A DNA stretch of 64,000 nt from Alphaproteobacteria bacterium (GTDB taxonomy: Bacteria; Pseudomonadota; Alphaproteobacteria; SHVV01). The stretch spans positions 3,648,001 through 3,712,000 of the forward strand of contig OZ253470.1 in the NCBI GenBank assembly GCA_965261735.1, in the 5' to 3' direction. A program made the translations under genes and the position numbers. Below, piece by piece: positions 58,082 to 64,000 of this stretch; the first letter of the stretch is position 1; the number at the start of each line of letters is the position of its first letter. The notes below the pieces were generated by a model. The model made no database searches and had not been told where the DNA came from. It was given only the letters and a program-made list of their open reading frames with translations.

Positions 58082-59770
58082 ATGGGTCGAATGACGAAAC
58101 GCAAGCGACATCCGTATATCCCGGAGCTCAAGGAGCAGCTCCGCAAGGGCGAGATCGACCGCCGCGAATTCCTGCGCACCGCAACCCTGCTCGGGGTTTC
58201 CGCGGCCTCGGCGTACGCGATGGCGGGCGCGGTCGGCCGCGGCCGGGCCTTCGCCGCAACCCCCAAAACAAGCGGCACACTACGGGTCGGCATGAACGTG
58301 ATGGAGATTACCGATCCGGCGAAATTCGACTGGACGGAGAAGGGCAACGGCGCCCGCCACATCACCGAGTCCTTCGTTCGCGTCGGCAACGACAACATTT
58401 CGCGGCCGTACCTGGCCGAGGACTGGGAGACGTCAAAGGATCTAAAGACCTGGACCTTCAAAGTGCGCAAGGGCGTCAAATGGTCGAACGGCGATGATTT
58501 CAATGCCGATGACGTCATCTTCAACGTGTCGCGCTGGCTCGATCCCGCAACGGGAACGCCTCTCCAATCTCGGCTCTCGGCGATGACGACGACCGTCGAT
58601 ACGGGCCAGAAGGACGACAAGGGCAAAGCGGTCATGAGAACCGCGATGACCGAAGGTGCCATCGAACGGATCGACGACCATACGGTGCGCTTCCATTTGA
58701 ACAGGCCGGACCTTGGCGTGCCCGAGGTCTTTGGCGACTATCCGGCACTGCTCGTTCACCGGCGATTTTCGGACGACGGTGGGGACCTCCGCGCCAATCC
58801 TGTCGGCACCGGTCCGTACCGGTTGGCGGAGCACTCGGTCGGCCAGCGGATGACGCTCGAAAGGCGCGCTCCGGGCGAGTACTGGGGCGACGGCTTCCCG
58901 CTCGAAAAAATTGTCTACGTCGACCTCGGCGACGATCCGTCGGCGAAGTTGGCGGCGCTGGTGTCGGGGCAGGTCGACATAATCCATCAGTTCGGCATCG
59001 AACTAGCCGACTCAGTAAAGAAGGTTCCCCATCTCCGGTTGAACGTGATTGATACGGCGGCGACGGGAGTAGCGCGTATGCGATTGGCTGAAAAGCCTTT
59101 TGACGACGCACGACTACGTGAGGCGTTACGGCGAACGATCGACCATGATCGAATTGTCGATATCGTGTTCAACGGGAGAGGGTTGCCAGCGGAGGATCAC
59201 CACGTAGCGCCGATCCATCCGGAGTACGCGAAGATCGGTGAGGAGAAGCAGGACCACGAGCGTGCGCGCCAGCTCCTCAAGGATGCAGGGTACGGTAATG
59301 GCATTGATCTCGAGATCAACTGCGTGGCCAACCCGACATGGGAGCAGAACGCCTGCCAAACCCTAGCGGAAATGGCCAAGCCCGCTGGTATCAACGTCAA
59401 GGTGAACGTGCTTCCGGGAAGCGCCTACTGGCCCAACTGGATGACGTGGCCGTTCAGTTTCACGTCTTGGGGCCATCGCCCGCTCGGCGTCATCAACCTA
59501 CAGCTGGCTTACCGAACCGGCGGCAAGTGGAACGAAAGCGGGCACAGCAACCCGGAGTTTGACCGCCTGCTCGACGAGGCGAGCGGCATCTTGGACCCGA
59601 AGCAGCGCAGCGTTGTCATGGCGAAGGTCGAAAAAACCCTCCGCGACCAAAGCGTGTTCTCTCAGTCCTTGTGGCGGCCCGTGCTCAACGCGCATCATCA
59701 GCGCGTGAAAGGGTACGAGCTCAACAACGCTTTCGAGCATCACTTCAACAATGTGTGGGTCGAGGCGTAA
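58082..59770 (+). CDS. Peptide/nickel ABC substrate-binding protein (family 5) with Tat signal
   Basis: IDRREFLR, PYLAE.W, WTF..RKGVKWSNG.DFNADDV, GTGPY. Confidence 0.93.
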   Translation: MGRMTKRKRHPYIPELKEQLRKGEIDRREFLRTATLLGVSAASAYAMAGAVGRGRAFAATPKTSGTLRVGMNVMEITDPAKFDWTEKGNGARHITESFVRVGNDNISRPYLAEDWETSKDLKTWTFKVRKGVKWSNGDDFNADDVIFNVSRWLDPATGTPLQSRLSAMTTTVDTGQKDDKGKAVMRTAMTEGAIERIDDHTVRFHLNRPDLGVPEVFGDYPALLVHRRFSDDGGDLRANPVGTGPYRLAEHSVGQRMTLERRAPGEYWGDGFPLEKIVYVDLGDDPSAKLAALVSGQVDIIHQFGIELADSVKKVPHLRLNVIDTAATGVARMRLAEKPFDDARLREALRRTIDHDRIVDIVFNGRGLPAEDHHVAPIHPEYAKIGEEKQDHERARQLLKDAGYGNGIDLEINCVANPTWEQNACQTLAEMAKPAGINVKVNVLPGSAYWPNWMTWPFSFTSWGHRPLGVINLQLAYRTGGKWNESGHSNPEFDRLLDEASGILDPKQRSVVMAKVEKTLRDQSVFSQSLWRPVLNAHHQRVKGYELNNAFEHHFNNVWVEA

Positions 59771-59888
59771 GGAACTTGGGCCGGCCGACACTCCGTCGCG
59801 CCGGCCCCTTTCCTGCCGGTGGTGATGCCGATGCAACCGCCGGGATCATCCGCTTAGGCAAACCAGAAGCGGACCGCAGGGTGGAGCC

Positions 59889-60821
59889 TTGACGCTATTT
59901 TTGCTAAGGCGTTTGGGCTACCTCGTCCTGACAATGCTGACCGTGTCGTTTCTTGTATTCCTTGTACTTGAGCTGTCGCCAGGCACTGTTGCCGACAAAG
60001 TACTCGGCCCCTACTCCACAGACGAGCAACGCCAGCTTTGGCTCGAGGCGCACGGGTATCTAGAGCCGTTCTGGGCTCGCTACCTCGACTGGCTCGGACG
60101 CTTCGCGGTCGGTGATTTTGGTGACTCAATCCGATTTCGGGTGCCGGTCGGCGAGGTGCTCTGGCCGCGCCTTCTAAACACGGCTATCCTCGGACTAACG
60201 GCGATGGCTATCATCGCACCGCTGTCGTCTCTGCTCGGCGTGCTCGCCGGCATGCGCGAGGGATCGGCGCTCGATCGGTCGATCTCGTTGCTTAGCGTCG
60301 GCACGACCTCCGTGCCCGAGTTCGCCTCCGCGGTTTTCATCTCCGCGATCTTCGTCTTCTGGCTCGGTTGGTTACCGGGCACGAGCGGCATGATCGATGG
60401 CTGGGACCCGGCCCAACTCGTCCTTCCGGTGTTGGTGCTCGTCCTCTATGACTTCGGCTACGTCGCCCGCATGACGCGGGCATCGATGGCAGAAATCATG
60501 ACGACGCCCTATATCCGCACGGCCGTGCTCAAGGGCCTGCCCTACTCACGTGTCATCGTTCGCCACGCTCTTCGTAATGCCCTGATCGCGCCCTTCACGG
60601 TGATCATGCTGCAGTTCAACTGGCTGCTGTCGGGCGTGATCGTGGTCGAGTTTTTCTTCGCCTACAAAGGCTTCGGGGCGCTGCTGCTGGAGGCCTCGCT
60701 CAACCAGGATGTCTACGTCATCGAAGCGTGCACGATGGTGGCGGTATCGGTCGCTGTGGTAACGCAAACCCTGGCTGATATCGGCTACACCTTCCTCAAT
60801 CCCCGCATCCGGTTCGGCTAG
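59889..60821 (+). CDS. Peptide ABC permease, DppB-like
   Basis: GDFG.S, SVPEF, YIRTA.LKGL, RHALRNAL, YTFLNPRIR. Confidence 0.92.
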   Translation: MTLFLLRRLGYLVLTMLTVSFLVFLVLELSPGTVADKVLGPYSTDEQRQLWLEAHGYLEPFWARYLDWLGRFAVGDFGDSIRFRVPVGEVLWPRLLNTAILGLTAMAIIAPLSSLLGVLAGMREGSALDRSISLLSVGTTSVPEFASAVFISAIFVFWLGWLPGTSGMIDGWDPAQLVLPVLVLVLYDFGYVARMTRASMAEIMTTPYIRTAVLKGLPYSRVIVRHALRNALIAPFTVIMLQFNWLLSGVIVVEFFFAYKGFGALLLEASLNQDVYVIEACTMVAVSVAVVTQTLADIGYTFLNPRIRFG

Positions 60822-60841
60822 CGGATGAGCGGGCAGACCGA

Positions 60842-61723
60842 ATGAACTACATCTCGAGCAACACGCGGGCGCCAACAACCGTTGCTCGCGCGGCTCGATC
60901 CCTGGGTCTGTTGCGTGAGAGCCCGGTCGGGATGGTAGGCGCGGGGATTGTCGTCTTTTGGATCGTCGTTGCACTGACAGCGCCCTTGCTCGCGCCCTTT
61001 CCGCCCAACGCACAAATCCAGCCGATGACGGCGCCGTTTGCGGCCGCACCCGGGGGCGGCACATTCTGGTTCGGCACCGACAATCTTGGCCGCGACATCT
61101 TGAGCCGGGTTATGTGGGGCGCGCGCACGGTTCTCTTCTATGCCCCGCTGGCAACGTTGAGCGCATACGTCTTGGGTATCCTGATGGGGCTCGCGGCAGG
61201 GTACTGGCGCGGCTGGCTCGACGAGATCCTGTCGCGCGTGAGCGATATCATCCTGTCGTTCCCGGTACTGGTGCTCTACATCATCATTATCGCGACCGTC
61301 GGCGCTTCGGGCGTCAATATCGTACTTGCGGTGACGTTCGCCTCGGCACCCGGAATCATGCGCATCGTCCGAGGACTCGTGCTCGACCTGCGCAACCGCG
61401 ATTACGTAGCGGCGGCGCAAACGCGCGGCGAGAAGCCGTGGCACATCATGCTCGTAGAAATCCTGCCCAACGCCCGCGGGCCGATCATCGTCGACGCCTG
61501 CCTCAGGCTCGGCTACGTGACCATCACGATCGGCGTCCTCGGCTTCCTCGGACTTGGCCTGCCGCCGCCCGACCCCGATTGGGGCAGCATGGTCAACCAA
61601 GGACGCCCCATGGCCCTGGTCTTCCCGCACATGGTGCTGTTCCCCTGTGCAGCCATCTCGTCCCTGGTCCTCGGCTTCAACCTGCTGGCGGACGGGTTGC
61701 GCGAGATATCGCTGCGCGACTAG
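60842..61723 (+). CDS. Peptide ABC permease, DppC-like
   Basis: FGTDNLGRDILSR..WGAR, YVAAA..RGE, ILPN, FLGLG..PP.PDWG, NLLADGLR. Confidence 0.93.
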   Translation: MNYISSNTRAPTTVARAARSLGLLRESPVGMVGAGIVVFWIVVALTAPLLAPFPPNAQIQPMTAPFAAAPGGGTFWFGTDNLGRDILSRVMWGARTVLFYAPLATLSAYVLGILMGLAAGYWRGWLDEILSRVSDIILSFPVLVLYIIIIATVGASGVNIVLAVTFASAPGIMRIVRGLVLDLRNRDYVAAAQTRGEKPWHIMLVEILPNARGPIIVDACLRLGYVTITIGVLGFLGLGLPPPDPDWGSMVNQGRPMALVFPHMVLFPCAAISSLVLGFNLLADGLREISLRD

Positions 61724-61734
61724 GGAGGTCCAGC

Positions 61735-63786
61735 GTGCCCCTGCTCGAGATCGAGAACCTGTGCCTCTCCTACTACACGCGCGCCGGCGAGATACCGGCC
61801 GTCGCCGATTTCTCGCTCGCGATGGAGGCGGGCGAGAGCGTCGGCCTGGTCGGCGAATCCGGGTGCGGCAAATCGACCGTCGCCATGGGCATCATGCAGT
61901 ACATGGGCAACAACGGCGGTATCGTCGGCGGATCCATCAAGTTCAAGGGGCGTGACCTCGCGGAACTCAACCGCAACGAGCTGCGCCGGTTGCGCGGTGC
62001 TGAGATCTCGATGATCTACCAGGAGCCGATGGCGGCGCTCAATCCGAGCCTCACCGTCGGCGCCCAGCTCATGGAGGTGCCGCTCATCCACGACAGGGTC
62101 GGCAAGTCCGAGGCGCGCGAACGGGCGCTGGCGCTTTTGGACGACGTGCGCCTGCCCGACCCCGACCGGGTCATGGCCGCCTATCCGCACCAGCTCTCGG
62201 GCGGACAGCAGCAGCGTGTCGTCATCGCCATGGCCTTGCTGTCGAGCCCGTCGCTGTTGCTGCTCGACGAGCCGACGACGGCGCTCGATGTCACCGTGGA
62301 GGCCGGGATCGTCGGCCTGATCGGCGACATCAGCCGGAAGTACGGCACGGCTCTGCTCTACATCTCGCACAATCTCGGCTTGATCCGCGACGTCTGCGAC
62401 CGCGTCTGTGTGATGTACTCGGGCGAAGCCGTCGAGACGGGCACGGTCGAGGAGGTCTTCGGAACACCGCGCCATCCCTACACCCGCGGCCTGTTCGCGT
62501 GCATCCCGCTACCGAGCGCCGACAGGCGCGGACGGCCGCTGGTGCCGATCCGGGGACAGCTGCCCTTGCCGCACGAGCGCCCCGAGGGCTGCAACTTCGG
62601 ACCGCGCTGCGACCAATTCAGCGCCGGATTGTGCGATGCCGGCACGCTGCCGCTCGAAGAGGTGAGCGCCACCGCCGGGGTCCGCTGTGTGCGCTGGAGC
62701 GAGATCGGCGGCATCGAGCCGCGAGCGGCCGCGCGTGAGGAGTCGGTAGCGAGTGGCGAGGAAGTCCTGCGCGTCGAGGACATGCAAAAACACTATCCCG
62801 TCTACGACCGCTCGATCGGCGCCCTCGTCTCGGGCGGCGGCGTCCGCTACGTGAAAGCCAACGAGACCCTTACCTTTTCGGCCCGGCGGCACGAGACGGT
62901 GGCGATCGTTGGCGAATCGGGTTGCGGCAAGTCGACGCTCGCCAAGGTCGTCATGGGCCTCGAGACGGCGACGGCGGGCAGGGTCCGTTTTGGCGACGAC
63001 GACATCGGCCAGACGCCTGTCGGGAAGCGCTCCGCGGACCAGATCGGCGCTCTGCAAATGGTGTTCCAGAACCCGAACGATACGTTGAACCCGAGCCATA
63101 CCGTCGGTGCCCAGATCGGGCGCGCGATCCGAAAATTCGGCACCGACGTAACCGCCGACATGGTGCGCGAGCGCGTCCACCGGCTGCTCGATCTCGTCAA
63201 GATGCCGCGCGAGTTTGCCGGGCGCCGGCCGCGGCAGCTCTCGGGCGGGCAGAAGCAGCGTGTCGGCATTGCCCGCGCGCTGGCGGCCAACCCGTCGATC
63301 GTGGTCGCCGACGAGCCGGTGTCGGCGCTCGACGTCTCGGTACAGGCGGCCGTCACCGAGCTCCTGATGGACGTTCAGCGCGAGTTCGGCACCACCATGC
63401 TGTTCATCAGCCACGATCTCGGCGTCGTGCGCTACCTCGCCGATCGCGTCGTCGTCATGTATCTCGGCCAGATCATGGAGATCGGCACGACCGAGGAGAT
63501 CTTCTCGCCTCCCTATCACCCCTACACCGAAGCGCTCCTGGCCGCGGTACCGATCGCCGACTCGCGGGTCACCAAGCGGCACATCGTCCTCGAAGGGCCA
63601 CCGCCGAGCGTGCTCAATCCGCCGAGCGGATGCCCGTTCCATACCCGGTGCCCGAGGAAGCTCGGATCGATCTGCGAAACGACGCCGCCGCCGCACCACG
63701 AAGGCGCCGACGGTCACCGAATCGCGTGCCACATTCCGCTGGCGGAGCTCGAGGCCGCCGGCCCGGTTTTCGAGACCGTAGCCTGA
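61735..63786 (+). CDS. Fused dual-domain peptide ABC ATP-binding protein
   Basis: Two GESGCGKST motifs, two LSGGQ signatures, two HPYT...C.F..RC tails; RBS ggagg before GTG 61735. Confidence 0.93.
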   Translation: MPLLEIENLCLSYYTRAGEIPAVADFSLAMEAGESVGLVGESGCGKSTVAMGIMQYMGNNGGIVGGSIKFKGRDLAELNRNELRRLRGAEISMIYQEPMAALNPSLTVGAQLMEVPLIHDRVGKSEARERALALLDDVRLPDPDRVMAAYPHQLSGGQQQRVVIAMALLSSPSLLLLDEPTTALDVTVEAGIVGLIGDISRKYGTALLYISHNLGLIRDVCDRVCVMYSGEAVETGTVEEVFGTPRHPYTRGLFACIPLPSADRRGRPLVPIRGQLPLPHERPEGCNFGPRCDQFSAGLCDAGTLPLEEVSATAGVRCVRWSEIGGIEPRAAAREESVASGEEVLRVEDMQKHYPVYDRSIGALVSGGGVRYVKANETLTFSARRHETVAIVGESGCGKSTLAKVVMGLETATAGRVRFGDDDIGQTPVGKRSADQIGALQMVFQNPNDTLNPSHTVGAQIGRAIRKFGTDVTADMVRERVHRLLDLVKMPREFAGRRPRQLSGGQKQRVGIARALAANPSIVVADEPVSALDVSVQAAVTELLMDVQREFGTTMLFISHDLGVVRYLADRVVVMYLGQIMEIGTTEEIFSPPYHPYTEALLAAVPIADSRVTKRHIVLEGPPPSVLNPPSGCPFHTRCPRKLGSICETTPPPHHEGADGHRIACHIPLAELEAAGPVFETVA

Positions 63787-63867
63787 CGACCGCACGCTAC
63801 ACGTAACCGTGATGGCACATCGGCGGCCATTGAGGTAGCGTTGGCTTGGACCCTGAGGAAACGCGCC

Positions 63868-64000
63868 ATGCCCTTCAAGCCATCGCTTACGGCTTTCATG
63901 GTTGCCGTTATCGTTGCGGTCGGCACTGCGCCGGCACACTTGGCGCGTGCGGCCGGGAACGATCCGATTTCCGCCATCGTCCGGCTGACGGCGGAGGTGC
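63868..64000 (+). CDS. Secreted protein, partial at the window edge; possibly an S1C serine protease
   Basis: RBS gagg; MPFKPSLTAFMVAVIVAVGTAPAHLARAAGNDPISAIVRLTAEV runs open to the edge. Confidence 0.45.
   Translation, partial: MPFKPSLTAFMVAVIVAVGTAPAHLARAAGNDPISAIVRLTAEV

Noticed and set aside
60958-61734. N-terminal extension making a 942-aa ABC ATPase
   Set aside because: It overlaps the permease in another frame; an RBS and GTG at 61735 give the normal start. The same applies to the extended starts at 54778, 55539, 9107 and 44532.

Overview
High-GC window, most likely alphaproteobacterial (inferred from the gene families and a CtrA-type box). The first ~30 kb is a dense, nested insertion-sequence field: IS256, IS1380, two IS630, IS3-like, ISKra4-like and three different IS1595 types, one of them present as five near-identical copies or fragments. 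These elements have broken a DNA methyltransferase, an HsdS subunit, a CoA-transferase, RidA, a ~2000-aa FN3/Calx-beta autotransporter adhesin and a TPR-GT41 (O-GlcNAc transferase-like) gene. The last ~34 kb is mostly transport and metabolic backbone (UbiX, Liv-type ABC, nicotinamidase, TRAP/TAXI, aminotransferase, BKACE, CHASE2 cyclase, peptide ABC) with an IS5, an IS110 and many eroded genes. Highlights: (1) an IS110/IS1111-type element whose 3' non-coding region contains segments matching its own target flank and donor end, a candidate bridge/seek RNA, and whose recombinase has Thr where the catalytic Ser motif is expected; (2) an intact passenger-carrying IS1595 inserted at codon 5 of a GT41 gene that has an upstream CtrA box and a (GC)n frameshift; (3) widespread short internal deletions and point lesions that look like early genome erosion. 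No rRNA, tRNA or CRISPR array was seen. All family calls come from motif recognition by eye; no database search was run.
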